Positions 33,401-44,036 are shown, numbered from the whole stretch's first letter. The stretch: DNA of 63,431 nt, filler included, from Craspedostauros australis (GCA_030167865.1; 15 parts of 15 records of this genome joined end to end with filler, not necessarily neighbours in it); one strand, 5' to 3'. Notes: generated by a model from the sequence alone, not told the origin. A program made the numbers and translations.

Positions 33401-36400
33401 AGTTTTCAAGCGACCTGAAGGTGCTCTAGCAGCCTGTTTCGATGGCGCCAATTCCAATCTGGGATCGGCGAGTTCCTGATCTCTTGTACGAGCCGCCACA
33501 AGAAGAATGCTGTCGTTCGTGAACTTCGAAATCTGCTTCTTCTTGGCTGGTTTGGCCTTGAGTTTGGAATTCAACTTGGTTTTCGGCTTCGTCTTGTCCT
33601 TCGCCGCTACCTTCACCTTTGCGCTCGACTTTGTATTTGCCATTGTCGATGGTGGAGATGTAACGGATTTCGCAGCTACAATTGAAGCTGGTGCTGCTTT
33701 TGGAGCCATCACTTTCGCTGCGGGTTTACGCGATGTTTGAGCTGGGGGCATCTTGTTGAGGGTCCTCGCTACCAGCGCAACATTGGCGTTGCGACCGGTA
33801 TCATCAATCTCAATCATTATCACTGCCTTCTTCTCCGGTCTCTTTGGGATGATCTGTTGCTGACCGAGTTTCAGCATGTGGCCGTCGACGGCAAGCATGA
33901 GGCGTTCCATCGTAGCCGACATGGCGTTGACCCGACGGATTGCTGCATGGGGCATCACCTTGAACGTCTCGGCACATTCCAATGGCCCATCGTAGTTCTT
34001 TTCTCTCTCCGCAGGCGGTGGCCCCAACACCGTCGTCTCGCTGGATGAGGCCTCGCCTTGGCTTCGATTTGATGCATCGTTTGCTTGTTGTGTGGTGGCG
34101 CCTTCGCCGCGATTGATTTCGGCAGGAACTGTCTCACCCAACTTGCTCGATACCATATCGCCAAAAGGTGTCGCTTTGGTTGGAACTCGACCGTTCCGAT
34201 CTCCGAACTCACCATCCTTCTGCGGCGCAAGTTGAGGTTTGTCTGCTGTGTCCGTGTTCGTGATTGCGGCTTTCGCATCTGGCATTGCCGGCTTTGCAGG
34301 GTTCAGGTTGATGCCGGCCGTGCTGGGTGTCATCTTCCATGGAACGTCGCTACGTGCAAACCTTGATGGCATCTCATTGCGCTGCTCGATGCCCCGCCGT
34401 TGCTTGTGCCGTTCCATCGCTTCGCTTTTCTCCTTTGATGTTTTGTCTGGGTCAGAAGAGGCTGGAGGCGCCGTTGCTTGTCCGTGGGAAGCTGGAGGAC
34501 GCAGAGCTTCATCCGATGCGATACCATCCAATGTGGACCAACGGCCATTTGTTGGGGCAGTTTCCATTTGTTCGTGGTCGGTCGTCGCCTTCATTGCGCG
34601 GCTGGGTCTGCCCTGTCCTTCTTGTCCATGCTGGACTGTTGGTTGACCACTACCTCTCCTTGCTGCATCGAATGACTCGTTTGATCTGTATTCGTCTCCA
34701 TCTCGGAACCGCATTCTGGCGGCAACGGCAGCAGCGCGCCGTCGATTGTCCATGTCCATGTGAGCTCCGCTTGTTCTGCGTCCCGCTTCCAATTCACCAT
34801 CGCTCTGCCCGTGGGGAGACGAGCGTTCGGATCCACCTGGCGAGGAGTCTGCCTGCTGTTTGCGATCCGGGTACAGCCACTTCCTTGTCTGCTCGTCGAG
34901 CGAGAATTCATCTATCTTCCAGTAGTCCTTGATGCCGTCGGTGTAGAGACCGTGGAATCTGTTCTCCCGTTTGGATCGGCGGAGTGGGGTACCGTTGCTG
35001 TTGGTGCTGGCATTGCTGCTCGTTTCGTTGCCGTTGTTGCCGTTGTGTCCAATCGACCTTGTGTCACTATTATCATCTTCGAACTGCATCCGTTGGCTGC
35101 GTTCCTGCTGGAGACGTCTGAGCTCATCCAGCGTCAACGAGTGCCTTTGTCGCAGCATCGGGTGAGGTTCTTTGCTTTGACTCGAAGTGATGTTGCTGCC
35201 ACGTCTGTTCCGGATGGCCAGCCTCATCAGGTGGTGGTCGTCTTTCTTCTCCTCCTCCTCCAGCAGCAACGGGCTCTTGCTATTTGCCTTGGATTCATCT
35301 GTCTTGTCTGGCTTGCTGCGGGATGAGTCATTCGGGGCGTCTTTGGATGCATCGCTTTTGGAACGTGAACGCGGACGAGACGGCTTGCGTTCGTTGGAGG
35401 CCTGAGCAGTAGTCTCTGTCGATGCATTGATGCTTGCGCGCGCTGGCTTCGGTGGATCTTTGTCGTCACGCTCCTGTTCGGCGTCGCTGAGATTGTCGAA
35501 GGATAGTTCGCGGTAGAGCGCGCTTGATTTTGGTTGCGGATAGCGCAGCGTTGACAACTGCCCGAAACCGACGGCATCGCTCATCCGCCTTGCTTTGGCC
35601 TTCGTGGGTGATTTGTGCCGACGGACTCGACGCGTGGAGGTGTCTTCCTCATGCCACGATTCGTCGATATCGTTGGTCAATGATTCTCTGCGTTTTCGTT
35701 TTGTGGCCGCTGGAGGAATTTGTGCGTTCTCTTTCGGTGCCTCCTGTGCATTCTGTCGTGCATCATCTCGCCCGTTCTCCTTTGGTGCCTCCTGCGCATT
35801 GTCTTGCTCAGCATCCTGTCCAACGCGCCGCGCGGTGCCCCTCGCAGTGTCCCGCGAAGCGCGCTTCGTGGTATCTTTTGCACCACCTCGCGCATTGTTC
35901 GCGTGCGTACGACGAGAGCGTTGCAACCAGGCAGGTTCGGGGCAATCCCCATGCGTCTTGCGCACCACGATGAGGCGCAGGCGCTGCGCCGCCATTTGCT
36001 TGGGTGTCATGCGGCCCTGCGATCGCGGCATGCGCCACCGCACAAAGGGAGCAGACGCACGGCGCTGGCGGGCCATCTGACGGAACGATTGCAATATGCA
36101 GCTGCGCACGATCATACCCATCGGCGTTTCCTCGTAGTTCTGAAGGTGATGCGTGAGGCCGGAATTGAAGACCCATCCCGCATTTGGATCTGCTAGATTT
36201 TCCAAGATGGTCTTCTCGCACAAGACATATAGCTGGGCGTTGGTGAAGAGTCGAACGAGGCGGCGACGCCGATTGCAGCTGAGGAATGGTTCCGGCTTGC
36301 TCTCAATGAATGGCATGGCATCAGTGAAGTCGAGGTGCGGCACGTTGATGTTTCTGCCTCTGTTTCTGCCGGTTGTGGTGCTGCTGTTGCTATTGCTGCT

Positions 36401-37885
36401 GTTGTTGACGGCGTCATCGCCCCGGAGCCTGAGACGAAAAGTGTGACGTCGGGAATGTTCGGGGTTTTTCAGAACTCCAGGGAGATTCTTGAGTTCTAGC
36501 TCCATCCATCGACAGATGCCTGCGAGCTCGGCAGCTCGGATGATTCGTTCTATGAGTTCTATGGGCACGGAAGGGTACGATCGACGCCATCTCTGCTGTT
36601 TTGGTTGCGACGCCGCCGGCTTCTTCTGCGATTGCTTGCTGCCTTTGGCTGCACGCAGCGTACGGCTGCCTTTCTCGTTTGTGCTTGTGCTTGTGTTTGT
36701 GCTTGTGTTTGCGTTGGAGTTTGTGTTAGTGTCGCCATCACCATCGCTGTCATCGTTGTCTGACGTTCCACTCGAAAGCCAGGTCAAGCTCGCAACCCAT
36801 GTGTATTTCTTGAACCTGGGTTGGTGTTCTGCCGATGATCCTGAATCTGAATCCGTTCCTGTTTCCGCCGTTGCGCTTGCGTTTGCGCTTGCGTTTGCCT
36901 TTGCCCATTCCCTGGCTTTCGTCCTTCCCCTTTCCTTCGCTTCGATGTTCGCGATAGCCCTTGCTTTTGCCTTTGCTTTTATCCTCTCCCTTTGCTTTTC
37001 CTTTGCCCTCGCTATTGCTTTCGCCTTCGCCTTTGCTTGTCTCTTTGCGGCCTTTGCTGCAGCTTTTGCCGCCGCCTTCGCTTCCGCCTTTGCTCTCGAT
37101 CTTGCTCTTGCCTTGGACTTGTTCGATGGAGGTGGCGGTAGCATTTGCAACGGTTCCGGTTTCGTCTTTGGCCGTTGCGATCGGCGCCTGGTATCGGAGG
37201 TGGATCTCCTCCGTCGCATGCGGGCACCATTCTGAGTTGCCGTGCCGACATCGTTGCTTGAGATGTAGTCGGCAGCATTGCGAGAGGCAGGAGAGGAGGC
37301 ATCGCTTGCATCGTCATGGAGATGGGTCCGCTTCTGTTTGTAATCAGCATCCGCATCATCAGCGCCATCCCCGCTGTCGTCGCCTTCCTCTTCCTCGTCA
37401 TCGTCATCGCCATCGCCATCATGTTCAGAGTCGTCCGATTGGCTTGTCTCGTCGTCGTTACTATCGCTTTCAGAGTCCTCGCTGTCGGAGTCATCCGATA
37501 CGCTCGTGACATCGTCGTCATCATCTGCTGTGGCTTCTTCTTCTTCTTCTTCGTCTGAGAAGTCTTCCTCATCATCTTCAAGTTCCCGATCGGCGGGCAT
37601 ATTCTTGTGATACAGCTCCCACACCAGCAGACCGTTCTGCTCCGTGAGCTCCGCCTTGCCCCCCACGAAGCGCAACCTCCTGACGCACTGAGTGTGATCG
37701 CGATCGACCGACGAGGCGTTCTCCTCGACGTAGGCATCCAGGTCCGTGGCTTCCAGCAGGCTTCTGCGGATGCGATCGATGAGCAGCACGACCTTGGGCG
37801 CCTTGCGGATGAGGTCCTGGAAGAGGTCCTGCGAGTCGTCCGTGTAGTCGCCGTCGGCCTCTCTCGATCTGGGCGGCCACGCCAT
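27440..37885 (-). CDS. Giant (3481 aa) mostly disordered protein with two copies of a CxxC-containing domain near the C-terminus
   Basis: 10.4-kb uninterrupted ORF from ATG to TGA with acidic tracts, AK-rich and Q-rich segments. Contains a repeated RPI(L/I)F...C..C...(L)xEM...L.F(I/L)Q.(F/Y)N.GL motif. Confidence 0.85.
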   Translation of the reverse strand: MAWPPRSREADGDYTDDSQDLFQDLIRKAPKVVLLIDRIRRSLLEATDLDAYVEENASSVDRDHTQCVRRLRFVGGKAELTEQNGLLVWELYHKNMPADRELEDDEEDFSDEEEEEEATADDDDDVTSVSDDSDSEDSESDSNDDETSQSDDSEHDGDGDDDDEEEEGDDSGDGADDADADYKQKRTHLHDDASDASSPASRNAADYISSNDVGTATQNGARMRRRRSTSDTRRRSQRPKTKPEPLQMLPPPPSNKSKARARSRAKAEAKAAAKAAAKAAKRQAKAKAKAIARAKEKQRERIKAKAKARAIANIEAKERGRTKAREWAKANASANASATAETGTDSDSGSSAEHQPRFKKYTWVASLTWLSSGTSDNDDSDGDGDTNTNSNANTSTNTSTSTNEKGSRTLRAAKGSKQSQKKPAASQPKQQRWRRSYPSVPIELIERIIRAAELAGICRWMELELKNLPGVLKNPEHSRRHTFRLRLRGDDAVNNSSNSNSSTTTGRNRGRNINVPHLDFTDAMPFIESKPEPFLSCNRRRRLVRLFTNAQLYVLCEKTILENLADPNAGWVFNSGLTHHLQNYEETPMGMIVRSCILQSFRQMARQRRASAPFVRWRMPRSQGRMTPKQMAAQRLRLIVVRKTHGDCPEPAWLQRSRRTHANNARGGAKDTTKRASRDTARGTARRVGQDAEQDNAQEAPKENGRDDARQNAQEAPKENAQIPPAATKRKRRESLTNDIDESWHEEDTSTRRVRRHKSPTKAKARRMSDAVGFGQLSTLRYPQPKSSALYRELSFDNLSDAEQERDDKDPPKPARASINASTETTAQASNERKPSRPRSRSKSDASKDAPNDSSRSKPDKTDESKANSKSPLLLEEEEKKDDHHLMRLAIRNRRGSNITSSQSKEPHPMLRQRHSLTLDELRRLQQERSQRMQFEDDNSDTRSIGHNGNNGNETSSNASTNSNGTPLRRSKRENRFHGLYTDGIKDYWKIDEFSLDEQTRKWLYPDRKQQADSSPGGSERSSPHGQSDGELEAGRRTSGAHMDMDNRRRAAAVAARMRFRDGDEYRSNESFDAARRGSGQPTVQHGQEGQGRPSRAMKATTDHEQMETAPTNGRWSTLDGIASDEALRPPASHGQATAPPASSDPDKTSKEKSEAMERHKQRRGIEQRNEMPSRFARSDVPWKMTPSTAGINLNPAKPAMPDAKAAITNTDTADKPQLAPQKDGEFGDRNGRVPTKATPFGDMVSSKLGETVPAEINRGEGATTQQANDASNRSQGEASSSETTVLGPPPAEREKNYDGPLECAETFKVMPHAAIRRVNAMSATMERLMLAVDGHMLKLGQQQIIPKRPEKKAVIMIEIDDTGRNANVALVARTLNKMPPAQTSRKPAAKVMAPKAAPASIVAAKSVTSPPSTMANTKSSAKVKVAAKDKTKPKTKLNSKLKAKPAKKKQISKFTNDSILLVAARTRDQELADPRLELAPSKQAARAPSGRLKTAQTKPSTSSKDVVKLEKKRSPKKDGASAKKQRVKKTKKSASQKVSSKASATPRNTNAASSQSSMTNHNFQSCLESIAAHAAQQASMHVNQQIRHGNGIATLAATASPSSRMNAEHLLELSRRRFRYPPQDAFKRDNPTDRAEQRQPVHPNPYIHLSPATQARMLALHPNADRNAAMQSSFFPNMMIPNPQQAQQLQRSQQAQHAQQIQRAHQLQHAHQLQQAQQAQRVHPAQRTQHGRQLRNEHGADPFVRLEPEIEQYLLVSSEERARGLSLQRNDRPHLGQPATVPNSHAFPGTQPVLGYRSNATPVSNANNGNGNSSNGNSNDTRRHDIQQQNRTDIRANVNAPAKAAVNPAAAASVSANGNANASINQATLNSYNAARTAPSHATSMQGLVHQNTNPTGRMPGAPGNEYLNKLHHFARDLANNNRMVYQYNHGSIGHREQNNASYTPRTHAPVPGNVSQNHLRGRHFVDGVLPGSAEASDSSHAAAIRQATQHHGYSASGKTVAQRGANPQFSQNTPSPALTGREYGAAGSEPFVGSQHRSYSWPSPQGIDRRDQALAAVNQQARNALPARLAVAAAAGAAALKRGAAQSQPAGPPTPSPISQVPPTTTQIHRPVPTRPLPPARLSASHVHQQQQQQRQHMGMPARQTIQPAAAADLLSAKASCPASRKSAPSAATTSMTEPTLKSVAALPKWPSLPTIQPVSLRAPTPAPPTQAPPTSKPSLLPTAAKTAKAPRRVETMHETALVDTDDEEEEEENEKETHIAAQESTQKSEDESEQEIIEDSSQEGTEQSMGEDMHEIVLPQTFQSSPPPQLSPQVGKRKREHPSANHAGVMVSTETRRKKVAIRPKKIDTFHTTLVSKVLVDPSAPEEGDDENSTSASNWVNLGHLGLISDFHGLQRLYAGFISIQGCGTLPAAIDTVGSILSSVTTSKITEEEHKLSDGELAAAYAKPSPYIVKGGRGRQTAEAGMEVEDAMPLTRYSEGSSQRQRQRNSTRSGGGHEMPILLSQQAKLFRRMMHTSQKMYPPLFENRAMINLALRPILFEPEGYVFDHPPMHNCLTPGECKICSETDVDEVPQVVHVPCLDTHEAGFRRLYEDAEGAIELEMAELPSQHRRRTALLGVQRTISIRLLREMLQTLHFIQTFNDGLINHPSEEELMQKALAEEARLRRERELELAARSGSDDSGSGSGNASDSDSDSDGNDAIMLRPSSSSEDEMSIDEDDSEMESESEAEIDDIEGDDDDGDDDGDDDGDDDSDVSGTSGFGVQQAGHASLTKGLEARPPVKKVWPKLSCEHVMKRTLELLNMHPKSGTDNEETRTGVARLLQGDDGGEHKDVTHVASIPIAGDVPQDIDGEALSAAAAALSIHDDVTANRSNDGGTASMSPSNHPSAHTAERMDTVTESTTIETTDGNVGGDATSAPNPRGKSLFEAGGAQEKTNESGWDISDNPSMETERRGMPDSIRREKEHRRGVDSQDASSKCRVDNAANRDGVLATVNPPKRTASEIIEEPKDSSDRPSACHDTDALAGAIDAATLADVIQAVAAAAATAATTGAPAKDVSVSVRGNDTKTESHSSSAAEHAGPVPSNGTNTDAGEGAERQGHSQHTTQPPAAEAIQPAGQQPAQQNTQQHVEKRAEKHAEQRAEQQVAQPAEQQARRQVAQPVTRETPSPSATSPGAPQMALPVQTTSPATLPTATVAEVIDAVNERLAQFIEAEPTETDDEEAAQNPTRYKAILRSYRGLADQEKLEKKRHEEESQNHLIEMEYNRRLKRMTNEERHLEKDRFEMRKRPIIFDANPTQEPFIPICPFETTCTLCSLPSTIEAEARPSNHIKVMNPPIRKITDDEVFASLHTASRTTSTTAANPSNVNAPDHTATDVAAKRAATDILCSNDVSTSDPNSGAHNSRNDGNGGDEHDTVDDKLRQTNGTLDETSNSETALRLKEMRNILSFLQRYNRGLLETQRQKRRPIGFRARYAKGVDES

Positions 37886-39351
37886 GGTCGTTTGTGGTTG
37901 CGTTCAGTGCCACACGATGGGCGCAGCGCAATGGAACTCAGTGTGATGGATCGCGCAAGGTCCCTGATTGGATGAGGACCGTGCTTTGGATTCTGTTGTG
38001 CTCTATCGATCGTATGCCAACAGGATGCCAACAGTATGCCAATGGTATGCCAATGGTATGCCAATGGTATGCTACGAGCTATTCCAGAGTGGAGTGTAGC
38101 AGAGCAGAGTGCAGCAGAGTATCGAACCAGGCAGCCTGAGTGTCGCTTTCCACGCTGTTGCGCTTGATTGGTTCCGCTCAACGCAGCTGGTATTGCCGTC
38201 CAGTTGGTCTGCGAAGATGTGGGACTTTCTAGCTCCTGTTCAATGGATACGGAGCTCTATCTTGCTGCTCTGTGTTATGCTCTCTTGTGTGGTCTATCGT
38301 CTGCTCTATGCTCTCTGGTCGGTTGTGAGTTGCGGTGTGACGCAGCCTCTCCCGTTGGGGTGACTTGCACCAACTTTGATCGTGTCTCTGCTAGCGCGAC
38401 ACTCGTTTTCGTATTCGTATTCGTCTTCGAGTGCAACACGAGGCACCTCTGTCGTGGCTTGGTGTGGGACGGCGATCTTGCTTGGATTGGTGCAGACCAA
38501 GAGGAACACGACAATGGTGGTGAGAAGCACGAACGCGACGTCAACGACCCTCCTTTTGTCTCTTTTTGTTGCCTTCGCGGTGATCGCTTAGCTCAAACGG
38601 GTACATGTGACTGCGGAAAGTGTCGCTTTCGTGGTGCGCACAGCCGCCAACTGTGAGTGTTCGAGAAGGACAGAGATAGTTCTAAATACTGTGTGTCTCG
38701 GATTTGGCGCCATTTCCACGCGTTTGTGCGAACCGCCATCAACACGACGCTTCTGTTTCTTGGTGCCTCTGGGAACACGGCACATGCGCGAGCGAATAGT
38801 ATCCAGCGAGAAGGAGAGGAGAGCCCACGCGGAAGGTACATAACTAGAGGCAGTTGTGGGAGCAGGAGGTTGACGTGGTGGCATGTTGCTCGAACATGGT
38901 ATCATGGTGCAATTCCAGGGAGCTTTTCTTGGTGGAGTATTCGCACGGGTGCACTGCCAAGACAAAGAAGGATGAGCGACAAGTCCACATTCCCATGCCA
39001 TGAGTACGAATAGGATGACAGTCACGAGATGACGTTGAATGGAGGCGCACCAAGATGTCTTGTCTTGCTGCGGTGGCAGGAAGTTTGGCGACCAACAAGA
39101 TGTCTGCGTCGTGGTCATGGCATGGTGTGGTATGGTGTGGTATGGTGTGGTATGGTGTGGTAAGGCATTGAAGGTCGATGAACACGCCAAGCAAGGCGTG
39201 GCAAGCAAGAAACGCACTGTTGTTCTCTATACTCAACACAAAACTGCCATCGGCCAAGGGCGGAAGCGGTCATCTTGCGTCCAGCCAGTTATCGAACAGG
39301 CTCCTTCACTCACTCACCCATTCACTCAATCAATCACTCACCAACTGCATC

Positions 39352-40699
39352 ATGGCAACCTACATCAGAGACATCTACAGCGACAACTACGGCGACGATG
39401 GCGACGACGGCAGCTTGATGGATGCCATTCACGAGTTGCTGGACGATGGCATCCACGCGGACCAGCATGCGGACGACTGCGCATTCCTGCACGACGATCT
39501 GCTGCAGATATCCATGGCGGATCTCTCCGTCACGAGTCTCACGGATGCGCTGGAGCCGCCATCCGTCTCGCGGCAAACGAGCGCGCAATACATCGACGAT
39601 CTGCTGATGGAGTGCGATGTCGCTGTGGACACAAACAGCGTTCATCCAGCACCCACCGTCATCATCATCGACGACGACGATGATCCCGTCGATTGGGAGC
39701 AGGGTCAAGCACCATGCACGGGGATGAGCAAGAGCAAGAGCAACGAGAATGGCCAAGGGACAAGGACCATCCGCAGCGAAGCCGACAGCTCGCAACATGG
39801 CAATGCCATCAACAGGCTGTCGGACGAGGACACCACACCAAGTCCCGAGCTGTCTGTGAATATGCTCAACCCGCTCTTGGATGTGCTCATGAGCAGCAAG
39901 AAGAAGATCATCAACGCGGAAGACGAAGCGGCCCTCATCTTCATGGACCTCATCGATGGCTACGCAAAAGACCTTGTGCAAATGATCAAGGCAGGCCATC
40001 GCTCATCCTGCATCGCCGCCTGGAAGGTACGTGCATAGACGTCCGCACATCATGTTTGGGGATGGCATCCGCATGATCTCCAATTCCGTTCTCCAATTCA
40101 TCCCACTCTCACGCGTCTCTGCGCAAATGCATGCCGTCTCCACCCTCTGCTCTGTTGTCTGATTCTGCAATCGACCATCTCTCTCGCATCGCCCGCAACA
40201 GGACTGGTACACCACGATCATCGCCGAGACGCTCCTCGATGCCGGTGGTCGCTTTCTGCGTCGCAGGAACACCAACGGCAAGGGCCGTGGCTACGTCGTC
40301 ATGCCGCCCCGCGCTATCCGCAAACTGATTGGGAACTTTCTGCGGCGGCGCCTCGAACCGCATGCAACGTCAGAGCCAGCGATGACCCGGGATGGGCAGA
40401 TCGTGCTGCAGCCGGTTCAAGATCACTTCGAGGGATTCTGGACTCGACGTGGAAGCTGCGGCGCCGCTGGTGATGCAAACATGATGCTGCGCCATTCGGA
40501 TGCAGCTTGGCACAGCAGCGCATCTAGCAGTGAGGTTGTCAGAATCGACAGCCGGCGCCATCCCTTCCTTCACAAAGACAGCTTCCTCGGAAAGTTGACA
40601 CCCAAACAGGTGGAAGAGTGTTGGGGGCGGAACCGTGGACTTCAGAGCATTGCGCATGGTGCGAGTTCAACATCGGGGCGCTGTTGTGCGCGACCATGA
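39352..40699 (+). CDS. Two-exon gene (39352-40026, 40202-40699) encoding a divergent DUF6824-like domain protein
   Basis: A phase-0 intron GTACGT...AACAG (40027-40201) joins two track ORFs in frame. The spliced protein reads DVLM...FMDLI...WK/DWYTTIIAETLLDAGGRFLRRR...YVVMPPRAIRKLIGNFLR. Confidence 0.7.
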
Positions 40700-41501
40700 T
40701 AACTCACATTCGACGGCCGTACTTGCACAGAATGACTCGGACTTTAGGATAAGATGGGTGGAGTACTAGTATATTACATATTATATTGGAGTAGGTGTTC
40801 ACAATGGTCCATCCTCGTATGTGGGGTCCATGATTTGTGCTTGTCTTGCTTCGACCAGGTAGACTTAGTTTAGTCTTGTTTTGCTAGTCGGATCGAGTCA
40901 CATGTCCGACAATCCACGATTGTCGAATATAATCGGACAATCGAGAACCATACGACTATTATGTGTGGAGTGCCTCTGCTCCCACCTTTCCAGAATGCTC
41001 GTGCTTGTCAGACCAACGACATGGAGAACTAATACACAACATGTCGATCGGAGCATCGGGAGAGCAACATCCACTCTCACAATCGGATTCATCAGGTGTC
41101 AAGACGGTCATAGCATTCGCGGCCGCCCTTGTACTCGTACTGTTGCATGTACTCGTGCATTTGGTGCTAGTGATTTTCTTTACGTGTAATATTGGTAAGA
41201 CTGCAATGCAGCCTTTCTTTCCGAAGGGCCATGCATTGGTACTGACATCGGTATCGTTGCGCAACTCGTCAGAACCACCAGATGTTCTGAAGGATGCATG
41301 CATGCATCGATGGAGGGATGCATGTGTGCTTTTATCGGAAACACCGAACCCCTTTTCGGTGTGCTCCTTTGGTTGGCGTCGGCAATGAACGAGGCCTTCG
41401 TGAGGCATGCGGTACTTGCCGTCTTGGTTCGGCTGCCTGGTTGTTGCTTCACAACACAACACCCGCACTTCCCGCATCGTTATTGTGATTCATCGCTGCC
41501 G

Positions 41502-44036
41502 TCAGGGGCTTTGTTTTTGCTTTTTTGTTGGGCCGGGATTGGTGTTGTTTGAAGGATGTTGCCCACGTGCGTTGCTTTTTGTCTCCTTTAGTTGTTCGAG
41601 GCCATCGGGTCCTGCATTAAGCATGCTGAGCGCATCTTGCGTGGATGATGTCTCTTGTTCTGATGGTCCGTCCAAGAGTGCGGCGTGCTCACCTTGTTTT
41701 GCAACTTGGTGATGACCCTGACTCAATGCAATCACCTGATTCTTCAGGATGGTGGACTTGTCCACCACGAAAGGAACGTATGGAAATTCTCCGAGTTGGT
41801 AGTCCCAAGCAACTGTCTCTTGCGCACCTGCAAAAGTGAAGATCCGGTCTCCGCCAAAGAGAGGGTCCAGTCCCGGGCTCATCACTGCGTTGAAATCTTT
41901 CAGGTACTCTCCCATGTCTGGACTTGTGCCACTTGCGTAATCTTTGGCTTTGATACAGATCGTTCGCAAGCTGTGGCGCTTCTTACCTGTTTCGTCGACC
42001 GGCGACTCCACAAGGAAAGTGACATACACGTCTGCGAGGTCGCTCTTGCCTGCTGCGATGCTGATGAATGGCAGGCGGAAAGTATCTTTCACGTCGCCTC
42101 TGGTTGTGTGTTGAGATGTGCGGGCGGGGCCAGAGAGTTGTTTTTCGAGCCTTCGGAGCTTGCCATGGATGCGGAGTAGGTCCTCATCGGCCAATATTGA
42201 ATGGTTGGATTCCAGCGTCTGTTGGATCGCGTCTGAACCAACTATACGCAGCGGAGTTACTTGTAAGTTTCCACCTTCATCAAACTGTACTTCGTTCATT
42301 TTGCGAAATGCACCGCTCCGCGTTTCTGCAGCAGCCTTGAGGCGTTCCTTGTCTGCGTCTGTCGTGACGGAAGTCATCATGGACTTGTGGAAGTAAGCTC
42401 CTGGAATGCTCGGCCCCTCCAAGAGAAAGACGACGTGGGCACCCTTGAGAGACCAAAATTGATCGCCGATCATTTTTGTCACAGATCTCGGGCCTGCCGT
42501 CGTTTCGCATGTGTAGGAGGAGGAAGGTGGCGCAGCAGCCGCGCCAGCCGCAGCAGCCACGGGATTTCTCGCGTTAGTCTTGGTGACGGACATTCCAACC
42601 TTGCCCAGAGCAGCTATGAGATCTGCCTCCTGTTGGACAGTTGTGCCATGATCGTAGTTCTCGGCAGGAGCAGCAAGGACCCGCCCGTTCTTGTCCTTCT
42701 TCACGACGGCGGACGCGCCAACGGCAGCACCGACCAGCAACCCGGTGAGAGTCGCAAAGCTGGTCGAGGTAGTCCCCAGGAACGATTTGTCCTTCGGAAC
42801 TCCTGCGCCGCCTTGGATGAGCCAAAGGCAAAGGAGCTGCATGGCATCACTGAGGTCGAATGGACTTGCATCCGGCTTGTTTTCGGATTGGCTTTGGAAT
42901 GGCTTTGCAGTCAACAAGCCCAAACGGGAGACCAACATCGCCATGATAGTTCTGTCTTTGCGGTCCTCCTCGACACTTTCGAGGGTGATCCCGTAATCCA
43001 TGTTGTCCACGTGAATATCTTTGAGACCTCGTTCGAAGGGTGTATTCTGTTGGAAAAGGAGAACTGCGATCGCTCGATGTGCTGTGAGCCGTGCGAAGGG
43101 CGACTCGCTTGACAACCAAAACATGCCGTTGCTTGCCATGAATCTGACGAAGGTACGGGAAAGAAGATCACTCTGCTCTTGTGCAGGAACATTGCCCTTC
43201 TTGTTGGTAATCTCATTTTTGTCTTGAATTCGGTTTGCGAAATCCATGTATATCGAGATCATCCGTGCGTTGGAATCTACCACAGCCTTGAGCAGAGGGA
43301 ACTGCTCAAGCTCGCCATACGGTGGTATGATGCTGGCATCTCTGCGTTTTGTGTATCCGTGGCGAAGAATGTCATAGACATCCTCAGGTTTGACCTTCGC
43401 GGTGGGTGTCAAGTGGATGAAGTTTTCAGGTGAAGATCCTACGATTGCGTGCGAAGCACCGGTGCCCGCGATCGAGAAGAGGACGTTGACGGTGAGAGTT
43501 TCCAAGGGATTTTCCAAAGCCTCCACCTTGAGCAATGCTGGGGTTGTGGCTGTGTCAACCGAGTTGTGTTGGTAACGCCATCCACTATCGGGGCATCCAT
43601 GCATGATGAAAGTCCCCAACATTCGCCCAAAATCGGCATAGTCCTGGATGACGGCCTTAGCGAGGTTTGGGCGATTACCTGCTTCGTCGATCGCAACGAC
43701 AACGTGGAGGGTCTCCATGTCATATCTACCTTTGCTCTTGCGCCTCTCGTCCAGTTTGCATATGAGTCTGATGAGCCTTTTGAATTTGGGTCCATTCTTC
43801 CAATTCCCTATGATGGCATAGGTGAGGTCGTACAAAGAATCTCTGCGTCGGAACCGTTTCCTGATAGTTTCCCGACTCTTGGGGTCGGAGTTGCCCCTGA
43901 GGCCTACATGGTCATCAGCAATCAACGCCACATCGCTATCGAAGGTTCTCACAATGGTGAAAAGAGCGTTTCTGGTGTATGCGCTCGCCGCGAGCTCCAC
44001 AGTTTTCCCGCTACCACTCTCCTGGTAGTACACATG
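41502..44036 (-). CDS. P-loop NTPase with putative C-terminal PD-(D/E)XK nuclease-like domain (Crinkler/RHS-like), 5' end interrupted by an LTR
   Basis: Walker A-like YYQESGSGKT, Walker B VVVAIDEAG, SIAGTG and DSNARM. The C-terminus has DLADVYVTF...TICIKAKDY. About 845 open codons. Confidence 0.6.
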   Translation of the reverse strand, partial: HVYYQESGSGKTVELAASAYTRNALFTIVRTFDSDVALIADDHVGLRGNSDPKSRETIRKRFRRRDSLYDLTYAIIGNWKNGPKFKRLIRLICKLDERRKSKGRYDMETLHVVVAIDEAGNRPNLAKAVIQDYADFGRMLGTFIMHGCPDSGWRYQHNSVDTATTPALLKVEALENPLETLTVNVLFSIAGTGASHAIVGSSPENFIHLTPTAKVKPEDVYDILRHGYTKRRDASIIPPYGELEQFPLLKAVVDSNARMISIYMDFANRIQDKNEITNKKGNVPAQEQSDLLSRTFVRFMASNGMFWLSSESPFARLTAHRAIAVLLFQQNTPFERGLKDIHVDNMDYGITLESVEEDRKDRTIMAMLVSRLGLLTAKPFQSQSENKPDASPFDLSDAMQLLCLWLIQGGAGVPKDKSFLGTTSTSFATLTGLLVGAAVGASAVVKKDKNGRVLAAPAENYDHGTTVQQEADLIAALGKVGMSVTKTNARNPVAAAAGAAAAPPSSSYTCETTAGPRSVTKMIGDQFWSLKGAHVVFLLEGPSIPGAYFHKSMMTSVTTDADKERLKAAAETRSGAFRKMNEVQFDEGGNLQVTPLRIVGSDAIQQTLESNHSILADEDLLRIHGKLRRLEKQLSGPARTSQHTTRGDVKDTFRLPFISIAAGKSDLADVYVTFLVESPVDETGKKRHSLRTICIKAKDYASGTSPDMGEYLKDFNAVMSPGLDPLFGGDRIFTFAGAQETVAWDYQLGEFPYVPFVVDKSTILKNQVIALSQGHHQVAKQGEHAALLDGPSEQETSSTQDALSMLNAGPDGLEQLKETKSNARGQHPSNNTNPGPTKKQKQSP

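Noticed and set aside
27425..37560. Numerous plus-strand and alternate-frame ORFs overlapping the 3481-aa gene (similarly over 2415-6341, 20130-21641 and 26043-27200)
   Set aside because: Shadow ORFs of GC-rich, low-complexity coding sequence with no motifs.
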